NCBI GenBank assembly: GCA_032718475.1 | Contig: JAUCBJ010000054.1 | Location: 26,072-90,071, forward strand | DNA length: 64,000 nt | Source: Nemertoderma westbladi | Lineage: Eukaryota > Animalia > Xenacoelomorpha | Direction: 5' to 3' | Shown here: in pieces, positions 36,550 through 51,800 of the stretch | Numbering within the stretch: the first letter of the stretch is position 1 | How the letters are laid out: each line of letters starts with the position of its first letter | Position numbers and translations under genes: made by a program | The notes under the pieces: model-generated | Databases searched by the model: none | What the model was told of the DNA's origin: nothing | Seen by the model: only the letters and a program-made list of their open reading frames with translations

Positions 36550-36760
36550 CCTCAAAGCAGCTCCAGTTGAACGAGTTAATGGTGGAGAAATTGACGTCGA
36601 CGTGGATAAACTCGCGTCCAATCACCCTCCACGGTACCTATCTTACCAAGGGGGAGTTTCACGATGCTGCCTGCCTGCGGTACGGTTGGCATCCCTGGTC
36701 TACCCCGGTCCGTTGTGCCTGTGGGACACGATCGCGTCGCGTCATCTGCACTGGGCCTGC
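36550..36760 (+). mobile_element. CRE-type non-LTR retrotransposon fragment
   Basis: EKLTSTWINSRPITLHGTYLTKGEFHDAACLRYGWHP..CACG resembles the post-RT region of CRE/Cnl1-like elements. Confidence 0.65.
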
Positions 36761-39029
36761 AACTGGGTGCGACGTTAGGTAAGCTTTGCGCTACTGCGGG
36801 CAAGCCTAGTGAGTTCTCCACTGCGTTATGGTGGGGCGGAACTCATTATTCCTGTACAGTATATACGAACTTTCCTGGTTTTTGATTGTCTGTAATCACT
36901 ACCGTACACAACGTACTACAGTATTGCATATAGTGGATTACAGTAGGACATAATTCATCCATACATTATTGTAATTGTCAAAGAGGCTGGGGCCTTCGAG
37001 TCGTCTCCGATGTCCATCTATGATGTTCACTGGTCGCTTTTACTCATAAGGAACGTAAACTGAAATGAAACTAAAACGATGGTCTAAAATTTGAAAAAAT
37101 TTAAAAAATGCACTTGAGAGTTAGAGAGACGTATCCTTACATTATTGGTAATTGCCAAGAGAGAGGAGCCTTCGGGTCGCCCCCGGTGTTTCGTCTGTCA
37201 CGTTCACTGGTCTCTTTTACTTATCAGGAACGTAAACTGAAATTAAATTCCACTTAGGTGTTTCTTTTCGAAATTAAAAGCATAAAAAACCATCGGGGTC
37301 ATATTGACCCCAATGGTCGTTGGTGTGGTCAAGGTAATTAAATTCAAATTAAAAGCGTAAATTAAATTTTTGGTCTACAAAATTATATGGGTCATGTAGA
37401 GCACACAAAAATTGAGGAATTCATGGAATTACAGCACCTGAACATTAATTGGACTGAAATTACAACATTTTAAATGTGTCCTTGGGGTCTTAATAGACCC
37501 CATGGGTGCCCGTGGTTTAAAGTAGTTCGCTAATTGCACAAAAACGCCACATTTTTGCCGCAAAAGCTTTAACAAAGCTCTCACTAAGTAGCTGCTGTAA
37601 CTAATACTAACTCTATGAATACCGCCCCAGGTTTTTAACATAATTTTAAATTGATAATATCGTGCCTGTGCAACCGGTTTAACGTTGAATAAAATAAAAT
37701 AAATAATACGATGTGTTGCCATTTTCAAGTACATTTAACATTTCTAACTAACTAAACTATAAACTTTAGCCCTAATGAATTACTTTTTGCATTGTTTTTA
37801 CGTAACTTTAATACATTAATATGAAGTTAGAGATTATCGCGCTTGCTGTTACTTTTATACTCTAAATAATAATTAATATTCTAGAACAAAAACATTAGAT
37901 TTATAGCGATTTACGTCTCAAAATTTACACTTTAGTATTTTGATAATATCTATGGCATATTTTTTTCTAAAATGTTGGAGCACTGGCGGGCACTAAATTT
38001 TAGTTCCCTGGTCGGGAAAGGGTTAAATATAAGTAAATAATTGCTTATCTAGACTTATAAAAGTCAAATTATTCCCTCTCTTTCTCTCTATCTATAACGA
38101 AGGCTCATTATACATTATACATATACAGTAGGCCACTTTTCCCACCTTTCGAAAAATTTAATTCACGTTCGGTACCGGCGGGATACCGGGTAACCCGCCT
38201 CGGGTATTAATTGCCAGCTAGTATACCATAAAATACATATAAAATTTGAAAAAAAAATTTGGCGCCTCCTAGCGGCCTTCGTGAGATCTTAAAAATTTCA
38301 CTAAAAAGACTCTTCCTCCGTTATTTTCCATATTTATTATCTGATAGCACATTTTTTTGGAACCAGAATGTTCATTTTCAGTAGATTTTTCACCCACTTT
38401 TGATTATTGTTTTTTATTTCTGACAATGGCAATTTTGTTTTTAAAAACTGAAAAAATCCATGTTTTTTTCTAATTGTTCATTAAAAAAAATGGGGAAATA
38501 TTATTAAATTAACGAAATCGCGTAAAATTTATTGAAGCTTATGAAATTACCTTTCATATGAAGAAAAAATTACAAACAACAACGGTTAAGAAATGGCGGA
38601 GGAGGAGAAGTATTTTTCGTGCGAAAAAATGCCATCTGAGATCATCGAATTCAAAGTTCTACTACAGTATTATTATACTACAAGTCTATAGGGCGTGGTG
38701 GGGCAGTTTCGCCTGCACACCGGTGTCACAGGCGAAAATGCACCATGTCCCATGTCCGGGATGCCCCCCAGATTTCGAGAGAGGCGGTCCGAAACCCTAA
38801 TTCAAAGTGAAATTGAAATTTGTGCATTTTGTTGGTATTATTGGAAAGCTGGCCGTGCATGGGGGATAGCTGTGTTAGTGGCATTCGAATGTTGCATGTA
38901 TTTGCATCCGCTGCAGGCCATTTATTATATTTCATAAATACATAATATTCTGGAACATTTTGTTTATCTCATGAGTATAGCTGGGCAACAATGCAATGAT
39001 TATTACCAATAAAGACTAAAATATGATGT

Positions 39030-39246
39030 GCTGTTGTGGGTAGTACAAACTATACCCCAAACCCAGCTGTTGTGGGTAGTACAAACTATACCCCAAACCC
39101 AGCTGTTGTGGGTAGTACAAACTATACCCCAAACCCAGCTGTTGTGGGTAGTACAAACTATACCCCAAACCCAGCTGTTGTGGGTAGTACAAACTATACC
39201 CCAAACCCAGCTGTTGTGGGTAGTACAAACTATACCCCAAACCCAG
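39030..39246. repeat. 36-bp perfect tandem repeat, 6 copies
   Basis: GCTGTTGTGGGTAGTACAAACTATACCCCAAACCCA, no spacers. Confidence 0.95.
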
Positions 39247-41338
39247 TAATTCAGACTTTTTGTTTATTAATCCACCACTATTCACAAGTAAGTACAGAAG
39301 AAGCGGTACTCATGCGAACACAATTAATTTAAAATAATATTTATTTAGTTGCACATGTCTTTATCGTCACAGCAAATTAATTCGCAATCCGGGTGATCCG
39401 CACAAAGCAATGGTTCTGCAATGTCGCAATATTGTCGGTAATCTGGCAGGATGCCCGCCATTCCCACTACGCCGTCATATACTGTGTTATCTCCTTTTTT
39501 CAAACTCTGAAATAAAAATATATTTAGTGCGCCTAAAGTATTATTATTGCTTTAATATACAGAATATGGGATTTTGCCCAAATATAAATTAACATGTTCG
39601 TTTAACATATAGACTAGGAGATTTCCGACCCGAACAATAATTCCGACCTATCAAAGTTAAACTAGGAAATTATTTTGGTATATTGGGCTCACTCTTACGT
39701 TGTGGCATCTACCTACAGTATGTGTAACGTTTCATGCAAAAGATATGGTACTGTACATACCCAGCAAAAATCGCAAAGATCTCCTCTATCTTTGATATCT
39801 CCATCCGACATTGTACGTTTGCAACGCAAACTGAATCCAACTACAACAAATGTTGCAAATACCAACAATTTAAGCATTTTTTACAGAAATGTTATGTGTT
39901 TTAACAAAAAATATTTAAAAACAAAATAATTTGTTGTAACATAAAACTTGGAAGTCGATTTAGGGGGGAGAATCGATGTTTGAAATACACCTTAGCTAAT
40001 CGATTTTATATTGGCAGGAGGCGGGGTAGCTCAATTGAAAGAAAGTTGAAAGAGTTGAAAGAAAGTTTTACTACTACTACTATTGGCATGCTACATTGCA
40101 GCTGCATTATATAAATATATATGCTGTGCCGGCTTGTCGACAAAATGCGCCGTCACAACATAGGGATTTCCAATCTGAAAGCGGCTTAGCGAGATCTCTT
40201 ACTTCTCGAGTTATTATTTGTCCCGTCAATTACTACAATGCGATCCGTTGTATACATTTTCGAATTTTTGACGTTAAGAACTGTGACTCATTTGCAAATC
40301 GAGCTACAGGCTTCCAATCTATTGGTTCTAGGATCAAAACTTCCGATAGGAGCAGCCCCCACTGGCCCATACAGAGGTACATTCCGGTAGTAGATAGGAG
40401 CAGCCCCCACTGGCCCATACAGAGGTACATTCCGGTAGTAGATAGGAGCAGCGCACGGTAGAAGGTAGGAGCAGCGCCCACACATAGGTACATTCCGGTA
40501 GCAGATAGGAGCAGCGCCCACACATACATTCCGGTAGCAGATAGGAGCAGTGCCCACACATACATTCCAGTAGCAGATAGGAGCAGTGCCCACACATACA
40601 TTCCGGTAGCAGATAGGAGCAGCGCCCACACATACATTCCGGTAGCAGATAGGAGCAGTGCCCACACATACATTCCGGTAGCAGATAGGAGCAGCGCCCA
40701 CACATAGGTACATTCCGGTAGTAGATAGGAGCAGCGCCCACACATACATTCTGGTAGCAGATAGGAGCAGTGCACGGTAGCAGATAGGAACAGAGCCCAC
40801 ACATAGGTACATTCCGGTAGCAGATAGGAGCAACGCCCACACATAGGTACATTCCGGTAGTAGATAGGAGCAGCGCCCACACATAGGTACATTCCGGTAG
40901 CAGATAGGAGCAGCGCCCACACATAGGTACATTCCGGTAGCAGATAGGAGCAGCGCACGGTAGCAGATAGGAGCAGCGCCCACACATACATTCCGGTGGC
41001 AGATAGGAGCAGCGCCCACACATACATTCTGGTAGCAAATAGGAGCAGCGCCCACACCTACATTCCGGTAGCAGATGTTAAGATAGGATATTCTAACATA
41101 TCATTGTATAATGTATACACGATTTAGGCCTGTCAATAAATGCACTAGACCTATTGCAGTATTGCTGCAGTGCAGCAGTGCCGGTATGTCGCACAGTGCT
41201 ACCTCTAACTAAAAGTAAGTTTGAATTTCCCTCCACCTTATATCTCTCTCAAAATGTAAGAAACCGAGTCCGGCAGACTAACAGTTTATGATATTCTAAC
41301 ACCCCCCTTCGAGCTTTTAGTATATGATATGAAAGCTT

Positions 41339-44300
41339 TCAGTTTGTAGAGGAATGTAGTCTGTCTGGAGAGCGTCGATTGCGTTGTGGATATCTATGAA
41401 CGACAGGTATATCATCCACTAACGTCGGTTTCCATGTTACATGTTTCCGTTGATAGGGTTGTTCTTTCTGTATAATAGGGTCTGCCGCAGTGTCCTTAAT
41501 AAGGAATCTTCGGTTGCGCCGTAGTGCGCGGCCCGATGGGGTCCGGACCCTGTAAGAACGATGTGGATTGATCTCCACAACGACACCGGATCGGTCCCAA
41601 CGCTTTGTAGAAGCATTCTGGATAAGGACCTTCTCCCCAATCTGAAGTGGTTTGAGTTTGTGGGCGCCCTTATTATAATAGTTGGCAGTTTTGGATTTTA
41701 GGTCATGGGCCTTTATATCCATTTCAGTCCGAGTAGACTGATGGCTCCCATGGAACGCACTGCTGTGGATGGGGATTCGTGTACGGATAGGATGTCCGAA
41801 CAGAATTTCGGCTGGCGATTTCCCATGCATGCGTGGCGCATTCCGTAATTCGAGTAGCCCCTCCCCGAATCTCTCACTCTTGATGTTTCCTCCAGTCTTT
41901 GCGAGGAGGGATTTGATAGCTTTCACCGCTGATTCGGCGTGACCGTTACTTTGCGCGTATCCCGGTGAAGAAATGATCGGTTTGACGCCCCAATCATTGA
42001 GGAAATCCTCGAATACGGTGGCTGTAAATTGAGGGCCGCCATCGGATCGTAAACGTGTAGGGACACCAAAGCGGATGAACACGCTGTGGATACTCTCGAT
42101 AGTTTTCGCCGCAGTGGGAGGGGTGCTGTAAGAGAGGACTTCTGGCCACCCGGAGTAGCGATCCGCTACAGTGAGGTAATCATGACCGTTTAGGGAGAAG
42201 AAATCGCACGAAATTTCTTCGAAGGGCCGTGTAGCCGGGGGGTCGTAGAGCATTGGCTCTTTGGGATGGCTTGGTTGATAAGCCAAACATTCACGGCACG
42301 ACCCAGTAGTGTTCCGAATGTCACTGGTCAATCCTGGCCAGTAAACAGTTTGACGTGCACGACGCAGCGTCTTTTCAACACCTTGGTGAGACGAATGTAA
42401 GCGTTGAAGAATTTTCCGTCGTTCTTCAAGCGGGATGACTATGCGATGACCATATAGAATGAGATCATGGTCAGTCGTGAGTTCATGACGAATTGACCAG
42501 AATGGTTGAACTCCAGATAGTGTCCGAGTGTCCAGGGGGAAACCGGATTGTATGGCTTTGTGTAATGCCATGTAATCAGGGTCGTTCAGAACACATTGAT
42601 TCAGGGATTCTAGAATGGAGTCGTCAAAAGGGGCTTCAATATCCGAGATGGTTTGTTGAGTAACCGCCCGGATGTAATATGACATATCACCGTCATCGAC
42701 AATGTCCTCTGGAGTGGGGTCATCCACAGGGGCGCGGGATAGAGCATCTGGTATTCGATGGTCTTTCCCCTTTCTCCAGATTGTGGTAAACACATATGGA
42801 GACAGTTTGGTCTTTAGTCGCTGGAGGCGTGTGTTCTCCGTTGCATCGATGGTGTAACGATCAATGATCGTCACGAGTGGTTGGTGGTCCACCACTAAGG
42901 TGTAATTATACAACCCCAGTAAGTACAATCTACACTTCTGGGTTGCCCAGACTACCGCTAACATTTCCAACTCGACTATGGCATTCTGTTTCGGTCACAA
43001 ACCGACTACCACATTCAACGAGACGCCAATCTTCACCATGGAGTTGGAGTAAGGCGTACCCAAGGCCATGTTTCCGGGACGCATCAGTTTGGAGCTGAGT
43101 TTCCTTAGTGGGGTCGAATGATGCTAGAATAGGCGGCGAAATCAGTCCGGCCTTTGTCGCAATGAATGCGCGTTCGTGGTCTGGAGTCCATATAAATGGA
43201 GACCTCGCACTTAATAGGGGACGCAGTGGAGTTAAATGTGATGCCAAGTCATGTGAGAAAGGGGCCAATTGTTCGACTAACCCGACAAAACTTCTTAAGT
43301 CAGTTATGTTAGTTGGACATGGAAAACTTGAGATCGCTCGAAGTTTCATTGGATCTGGTTTTATTCCCGATTCTCCTACTAGAAATCCGGCATATTTAAC
43401 TTCCGACTTAGCGAATTGTATCTTCTCTGGGTGAAGACACAATTTTTCCTCACGACAGTGTTGCAGTACAACCCTAATCTGGGAGATATGTTCTTCCACA
43501 TTGTCTCCGTAGATCAGTAGGTCATCAACCAACTTGACCACGTTGGGAATACCCTGCAATGCGTTGTCTCCACGACGATTATATTCATCCCCACTCGAGA
43601 TGAGGCCCATTACACTACGTCGATGTACGTAGCGCCCCCATGGTGTGCTGAATGTCGTGAGAAGTTGGCTTTCTGAGTCCAGGGGAATCTGCCAATATCC
43701 ATGTGCTGCATCGAATACTGTGAAACATTTCGAGGAAGCCGGAATATTAGCGATTACACTGCGTGGATTGGGTGTGGGATACTGTGGACGTTTAACCTGG
43801 TTATTAAGGTGTCGAAGGTCCACGCACAAACGGAGTTTCCCATTTGGTTTTCTACACACCGTTAAAGGGTGAGCCCAATCTGTAGGCTCAGTAACTTTAG
43901 CAATGATCTGACGACGTTCGTAATCGTCGAGCAGTAGTTTAACCTCTTCGCGCAACGCAAAAGGTATAGGTCGGGCGCCATTTACATGGTAAGGCACCGC
44001 ATTTTCCTTAAGTGTTATGTGCATCGGTGGACCGTCCATCATAGATAATGGAACCGAGTCGTCATCAAAGACATCTGCAAATTCTGTCAGAATTTCCTGC
44101 TGCAAATTCTCCATATTCTGAGATGCTTTGACAGTGGAAATATCTGGATGGATTTTGTTTGGAAAATTCCAAGGAATGAGTCCAAACTCTTGAGATAGTC
44201 GGAGAGACATAATAAATCCAGTGGATTCTCGAGATATGTATATCTCGGTCTCAACGATGTCGCCCTCATGAATTATTCGAACGGGAAGACGACCCGATAT

Positions 44301-44700
44301 ATATATCGGAGAACCATTTGCTGCGGAAAACACTTCCCTGCCGGCAGGTAGAAGGTCGGATCCTTTACCGCCCATCTTGTGGAATTGTTTCTCGCCCAAA
44401 ATGGTTATAACAGCGCCACTGTCGGGCAGGGCCTGTTTAATATGTCCAACTTTATTATTATTATCTGTGCGAAATATGTCGACTGGTACATATTCTAGCT
44501 CGCATATTGTGTTAGAGATTACAATGCGATTGACAGAGTTTTGAGTTGGACGGATAGTGGAAACCTTGTGTTCCTTGGTTTTATGTTTAGAACGGCATAC
44601 CGGTCTATAGTGTCCAAGTTTTCCGCATCCGTCGCATGTGGCGTTTCGGGCTGGACATTCAGTTCTGCCACCCGGGTGTGTCTTTCGACCAGCACATACC
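41339..44700 (-). pseudogene. pol: Pol of element #2, frameshifted in RNase H at ~42975
   Basis: [29 protein letters not shown]; ETE(SRY)A..ELEMLA motif broken by a small deletion. Confidence 0.9.
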
Positions 44701-45852
44701 ACATTTGCCGGAACTTTGGTTCGGATTGCTGGAATTATTTCGATTTCCCGAAGGATTCCGATTATCTCGATTTTCGCGGGTTGGTGATCGTCCACGTTCC
44801 CGTTGATAGTTCGAGATTTGTGTTATAGGTTTGCCGCTACCTATAATTACCTCGTTCTTCTCACTTGCTTCAACCATCTGTGCTATTCGAACACAGTCAT
44901 TAAGTGTCGGTTCAGGTAGAATTTCGAGGAGTTTGGATCGGGTCTCAGAGGTTCGAACACCCACGATGATCTGTGTAACTAACTGACGATTACGACAATG
45001 GTCGCACAGCTCAGCGCTGTCAGCTAGTTCCTCGAGTGAAACTCGGAGTGAATCAAAGGATTCGTTAGGACCCTGTTTACGTTCTCTAAACTTTATGGCA
45101 TCAACGGCAAGACTCCGTTTAGAACGTAAATGGGCCTGAAACGCGTCCAACAACGTCTCAGTTGTTGTGTCACCTGAGTCGATATCCAGGCGAAGCGTAA
45201 CTTTAATAGTTTGTTGGATATCCATTCCCAACGCCTCTATCAAGGCATATACTTGCTCGTCGCGAGGGAAAAGCGATATCTGTTGCCGGTGTGCGTGAAC
45301 ATCCCAAGCTTTCCGCCATCGGATGAAGGTTTGGAAGTCGACGTTATTATTTATCTTTTCGAGATTCTTAATGTCGATAGGACGACGTCGATTTTGATGC
45401 TCAGGTACGTCTCCGGGAGCCAGAGGTGGAACCCCCGGTGCCACTCCACCACCAGCGGCAGGATGGAGTGTTGCTATTAATTGAGCGAACTGCGCAGCGG
45501 CGACACGTCTGTCCTCGTCAGCACGTTCTATTACAAGCCGTAGCTCCGCGGCTGTGACAGCGCGATCCTCGGCTCGTTGTAATTCGGCGGCGGCACGCTC
45601 TCTAGCGGAACGATCCTCAGCAGCCCGCCGTTCATCTGCTAAAATTTTAGCAAACGTGTCCCATGAGGCAGTTTCGCCCTTTCCATCCTCAAAGTTTAAT
45701 GCTCCGGATAACTTCTTCTGAAGAGTTTTAGCAGCTGTTTTACTTGTAAAGTTTATGCCAGCCTGGGTACAGTAATGTCGAAGATCTTGTATATCGAGTT
45801 GTGGTAGATCCTCTTCATTTAAGTCCAAATAATTATCTGGTTTCTCTCCCAT
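44659..45852 (-). CDS. gag: Gag of element #2
   Basis: [10 protein letters not shown] motif, [10 protein letters not shown]; ends within the first Zn knuckle. Confidence 0.8.
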   Translation of the reverse strand: MGEKPDNYLDLNEEDLPQLDIQDLRHYCTQAGINFTSKTAAKTLQKKLSGALNFEDGKGETASWDTFAKILADERRAAEDRSARERAAAELQRAEDRAVTAAELRLVIERADEDRRVAAAQFAQLIATLHPAAGGGVAPGVPPLAPGDVPEHQNRRRPIDIKNLEKINNNVDFQTFIRWRKAWDVHAHRQQISLFPRDEQVYALIEALGMDIQQTIKVTLRLDIDSGDTTTETLLDAFQAHLRSKRSLAVDAIKFRERKQGPNESFDSLRVSLEELADSAELCDHCRNRQLVTQIIVGVRTSETRSKLLEILPEPTLNDCVRIAQMVEASEKNEVIIGSGKPITQISNYQRERGRSPTRENRDNRNPSGNRNNSSNPNQSSGKCGMCWSKDTPGWQN

Positions 45853-48800
45853 TGTAAGGGCAAGTTATTTTCAAAATTCCGGATAAGATGGATGGATTAG
45901 GGATATATATTCCTGTATTCGGTTATATTCTGCCACTGGGAATTATTTTACTCCAGTGTAGGTTGGAGTACACACTGCGCCATGTTAAGATAGGATATTC
46001 TAACATATCATTGTATAATGTATACACGATTTAGGCCTGTCAATAAATGCACTAGACCTATTGCAGTATTGCTGCAGTGCAGCAGTGCCGGTATGTCACA
46101 CAGTGCTACCTCTAACTAAAAGTAAGTTTGAATTTCCCTCCACCTTATATCTCTCTCAAAATGTAAGAAACCGAGTCCGGCAGACTAACAGTTTATGATA
46201 TTCTAACAGCAGATAGGAGCAGTGCCCACACATAGGTACATTCCGGTAACAGATAGGAGCAGCACCCACAAATACATTCTGGTAGCAGATAGGAGCAGCG
46301 CCCACACCTACATTCCGGTAGCAGATAGGAGCAGCGCCCACACCTACATTCCGGTAGTAGATAGGAGCAGCGCCCACACATACATTCCGGTAGTAGATAG
46401 GAGCAGCGCACGGTAGCAGATAGGAGCAGCGCCCACACATAGGTACATTCCGGTAGTAGATAGGAGCAGCGCCCACACATAGGTACATTCCGGTAGCAGA
46501 TAGGAGCAGCACCCACACATAGGTACATTCCGGTAGCAGATAGGAGCAGCACCCACACATACATTCTGGTAGCAGATAGGAACAGCGCCCACACATACAT
46601 TCCGGTTACAGATAGGAGCAGCGCACGGTAGCAGATAGGAGCAGCACCCACACATACATTCTGGTAGCAGATAGGAACAGCGCCCACACATACATTCCGG
46701 TTACAGATAGGAGCAGCGCATGGTAGCAGATAGGAGCAGCGCCCACACATACATTCCGGCGGCAGATAGGAGCAGCACCCACACATAGGTACATTCCGGT
46801 AGCAGATAGGAGCAGCACCCACACATACATTCCGGTAGCAGATAGGAGCAGCGCCCACACATAGGTACATTCCGGTAGCAGATAGGAGCAGCGCACGGTA
46901 GCAGATAGGAGCAGCGCCCACACATACATTCCGGCGGCAGATAGGAGCAGCGCCCACACATACATTCCGGTAGCAGATAGGAGCAGCGCCCACACATACA
47001 TTCTGGTAGCAAATAGGAGCAGCGCCCACACCTACATTCCGGTAGCAGATAGGAGCAGTGCCCACACATAGGTATATTCCGGTAACAGATAGGAGCAGCA
47101 CCCACACATACATTCTGGTAGCAGATAGGAGCAGCGCCCACACCTACATTCCGGTAGCAGATAGGAGCAGTGCCCACACATACATTCTGGTAGCAAATAG
47201 GAGCAGCGCACGGTAGCAGATAGGAACAGCGCCCACACATACATTCCGGTAACAGATAAGAGCAGCGCCCACACATAGGTACATTCCGGTAACAGATAGG
47301 AGCAGCACCCACACATACATTCTGGTAGCAGATAGGAGCAGCGCCCTCACATACATTCCGGTAGCAGATAGGAGCAGCGCCCACACATACATTCCAGTTA
47401 CAGATAGGAGCAGCGCCCACACATACATTCTGGTAACAGATAGGAGCAGCGCCCACACATACATTCCGGTTGCAGATAGGAGCAGCGCCCACACATACAT
47501 TCCGGTTACAGATAGGAGCAGCGCCCACACCTACATTCCGGTAGCAGATAGGAGCAGCGCCCACACATACATTCTGGTAGCAAATAGGAACAGCGCACGG
47601 TAGCAGATAGGAGCAGCGCCCACACATACATTCTGGTAACAGATAGGAGCAGTGCCCACACATACATTCCGGTTACAGATAGGAGCAGCGCCCACACCTA
47701 CATTCCGGTAGCAGATAGGAGCAGCGCCCACACCTACATTCTGGTAGCAGATAGGAGCAGCGCCCACACATACATTCCGGTAGCAGATAGGAGCAGCGCC
47801 CACACATACATTCCGGTAGCAGATAGGAGCAGCGCATGGTAGCAGATAGGAGCAGTGCCCACACATACATTCCGGTAGCAGATAGGAGCAGCGCATGGTA
47901 GCAGATAGGAGCAGCGCCCACACATACATTCCGGTAGCAGATAGGAGCAGCGCCCACACATAGGTACATTCCGGTAGTAGATAGGAGCAGCGCATGGTAG
48001 CAGATAGGAGCAGCGCCCACACATACATTCCGGTAGCAGATAGGAGCAGCGCCCACACATAGGTACATTCCGGTAGCAGATAGGAGCAGCGCCCACACAT
48101 ACATTCCGGTAGCAGATAGGAGCAGCGCCCACACATAGGTACATTCCGGTAGTAGATAGGAGCAGCGCCCACACATAGGTACATTCTGGTTGTAGATAGG
48201 AGCAGCGCCCACGCATACATTCCGGTAGCAGATAGGAGCAGTGCCCACACATAGGTACATTCCGGTAACAGATAGGAGCAGCGCCCACACATACATTCGG
48301 GTAGTAGATAGGAGCAGTGCCCACACATACATTCCGGTAACAGATAGGAGCAGCGCCCACACCTACATTCCGTTAGCAGATAGGAGCAGCGCCCACACAT
48401 ACATTCTGGTAGCAAATAGGAGCAGCGCACGGTAGCAGATAGGAGCAGCGCCCACACATAGGTACATTCCGGTAACAGATAGGAGCAGCGCCCACACATA
48501 CATTCCGGTAGCAGATAGGAGCAGCGCCCACACATACATTCGGGTAGTAGATAGGAGCAGTGCCCACACATACATTCCGGTAACAGATAGGAGCAGCACC
48601 CACACATACATTCTGGTAGCAGATAGGAGCAGCGCCCACACATACATTCCGGTAGCAGATAGGAGCAGCGCCCACACATAGGTACATTCCGGTAACAGAT
48701 AGGAGCAGCGCCCACACATACATTCCGGTAGCAGATAGGAGCAGCGCCCACACATACATTCGGGTAGTAGATAGGAGCAGTGCCCACACATACATTCCGG

Positions 48801-51800
48801 TAACAGATAGGAGCAGCGCCCACACATACATTCCGGTAACAGATAGGAGCAGCGCCCACACATACATTCCGGTTACAGATAGGAGCAGCACCCACACATA
48901 GGTACATTCCGGTAACAGATAGGAGCAGCGCCCACACATACATTCCGGTAGCAGATAGGAGCAGCGCCCACACCTACATTCCGATAGTAGATAGGAGCAG
49001 CGCCCACACCTACATTCCGGTAGCAGATAGGAGCAGCGCCCACACCTACATTCCGATAGTAGATAGGAGCAGCGCCCACACCTACATTCCGATAGCAGAT
49101 AGGAGCAGCGCCCACACCTACATTCCGGTTGCAGATAGGAGCAGCGCCCACACATACATTCCGGTAGCAGATAGGAGCAGCGCCCACACATACACTCCGG
49201 TAACAGATAGGAGCAGTGCCCACATATACATTCGGGTAGTAGATAGGAGCAGTGCCCACACATACATTCCGGTAACAGATAGGAGCAGCGCCCACACATA
49301 CATTCCGGTAACAGATAGGAGCAGCGCCCACACATACATTCCGGTTACAGATAGGAGCAGCGCCCACACATACATTCCGGTAGCAGATAGGAGCAGCGCC
49401 CACACATAGGTACATTCCGGTAACAGATAGGAGCAGCGCCCACACATACATTCCGGTAGCAGATAGGAGCAGCGCCCACACATACATTCTGGTAACAGAT
49501 AGGAGCAGCGCCCACACATACATTCCGGTAGCAGATAGGAGCAGCGCCCACACCTACATTCCGGCGGCAGATAGGAGCAGCGCCCACACATACATTCCGG
49601 TAACAGATAGGAGCAGCACCCACACATACATTCCGGTAGCAGATAGGAGCAGCGCCCACACATACATTCCGGTAGCAGATAGGAGCAGAGCCCACACATA
49701 CATTCTGGTAACAGATAGGAGCAGCGCCCACACATACATTCCGGTAGCAGATAGGAGCAGCGCCCACACCTACATTCCGGCGGCAGATAGGAGCAGCGCC
49801 CACACATACATTCCGGTAACAGATAGGAGCAGCGCCCACACATACATTCCGGTAGCAGATAGGAGCAGCGCCCACACCTACATTCCGGCGGCAGATAGGA
49901 GCAGCACCCACACATACATTCCGGTAGCAGATAGGAGCAGCGCCCACACATACATTCCGGTAGCAGATAGGAGCAGAGCCCACACATACATTCTGGTAAC
50001 AGATAGGAGCAGCACCCACACAAACATTCTGGTAACAGATAGGAGCAGCGCCCACACATACATTCCGGTAGCAGATAGGAGCAGCGCCCACACCTACATT
50101 CCGGCGGCAGATAGGAACAGCGCCCACACATACATTCCGGTAACAGATAGGAGCAGCACCCACACATACATTCCGGTAGCAGATAGGAGCAGCGCCCACA
50201 CATACATTCCCGGTAGCAGATAGGAGCAGCACCCACACATACATTCCGGTTACAGATAGGAGCAGCGCCCACACATAGGTACATTCCGGTAGTAGATAGG
50301 AGCAGCGCCCACACATACATTCTGGTAGCAGATAGGAGCAGCGCCCACACATACATTCCGGTAGCAGATAGGAGCAGCGCCCACACATACATTCTGGTAA
50401 CAGATAGGAGCAGTGCCCACACATACATTCTGGTAACAGATAGGAGCAGCGCCCACACCTACATTCCGGTAGCAGATAGGAGCAGTGCCCACACATAGGT
50501 ACATTCCGGTAACAGATAGGAGCAGCGCCCACACCTACATTCCGGTAGCAGATAGGAGCAGTGCCCACACATAGGTACATTCTGGTAACAGATAGGAGCA
50601 GCGCCCACACATACACTCTGGTAGCAGATAGGAGCAGCGCCCACACCTACATTCCGGTAGCAGATAGGAGCAGCGCCCACACATACATTCCGGTAGCAGA
50701 TAGGAGCAGCACCCACACATACATTCCGGTAGCAGATAGGAGCAGCACCCACACATACATTCCAGTAGCAAATAGGAGCAGCACCCACACATACATTCCG
50801 GTAGCAGATAGGAGCAGCACCCACACATACATTCCGGTAGCAGATAGGAGCAGCGCCCACACATACATTCCAGTAGCAAATAGGAGCAGCACCCACACAT
50901 ACATTCTGGTAGCAGATAGGAGCAGCGCCCACACCTACATTCCGGTAGCAGATAGGAGCAGCACCCACACATACATTCCGGTAGCAGATAGGAGCAGCGC
51001 CCACACATACATTCCCGGTAGCAGATAGGAGCAGCACCCACACATACATTCCGGTTACAGATAGGAGCAGCGCCCACACATAGGTACATTCCGGTAGTAG
51101 ATAGGAGCAGCGCCCACACATACATTCTGGTAGCAGATAGGAGCAGCGCCCACACATACATTCCGGTAGCAGATAGGAGCAGCGCCCACACATACATTCT
51201 GGTAACAGATAGGAGCAGTGCCCACACATACATTCTGGTAACAGATAGGAGCAGCGCCCACACCTACATTCCGGTAGCAGATAGGAGCAGTGCCCACACA
51301 TAGGTACATTCCGGTAACAGATAGGAGCAGCGCCCACACCTACATTCCGGTAGCAGATAGGAGCAGTGCCCACACATAGGTACATTCTGGTAACAGATAG
51401 GAGCAGCGCCCACACATACATTCTGGTAGCAGATAGGAGCAGCGCCCACACATACATTCTGGTAGCAGATAGGAACAGCGCCCACACATACATTCTGGTA
51501 ACAGATAGGAGCAGCGCCCACACCTACATTCCGGTAGCAGATAGGAGCAGTGCCCACACATAGGTACATTCTGGTAACAGATAGGAGCAGCGCCCACACA
51601 TACATTCTGGTAGCAGATAGGAGCAGCGCCCACACATACATTCTGGTAGCAGATAGGAACAGCGCCCACACATACATTCCGGTAGCAGATAGGAGCAGCA
51701 CCCACACATACATTCCGGTAGCAGATAGGAGCAGCACCCACACATACATTCCGGTAGCAGATAGGAGCAGCACCCACACATACATTCCGGTAGCAAATAG

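Larger units (their letters stand above)
41076..46208 (-). mobile_element. Full-length Ty3/Gypsy (Mag-like) LTR retrotransposon #2
   Basis: 226-bp TG..CA LTRs (41076-41301, 45983-46208) with one difference seen; TSD GCAGA; PBS TGGCGCAGTG; PPT GAAGGGGGG. Confidence 0.95.

Noticed and set aside
37290-38026. piggyBac-like element (GGGTTAA end at ~38026, GGGGTC..GACCCC hairpins; similar end at ~11009)
   Set aside because: No matching left TIR found, so it cannot be delimited
39030-39246. 36-bp repeats as a CRISPR array
   Set aside because: No spacers, no cas genes, eukaryotic context
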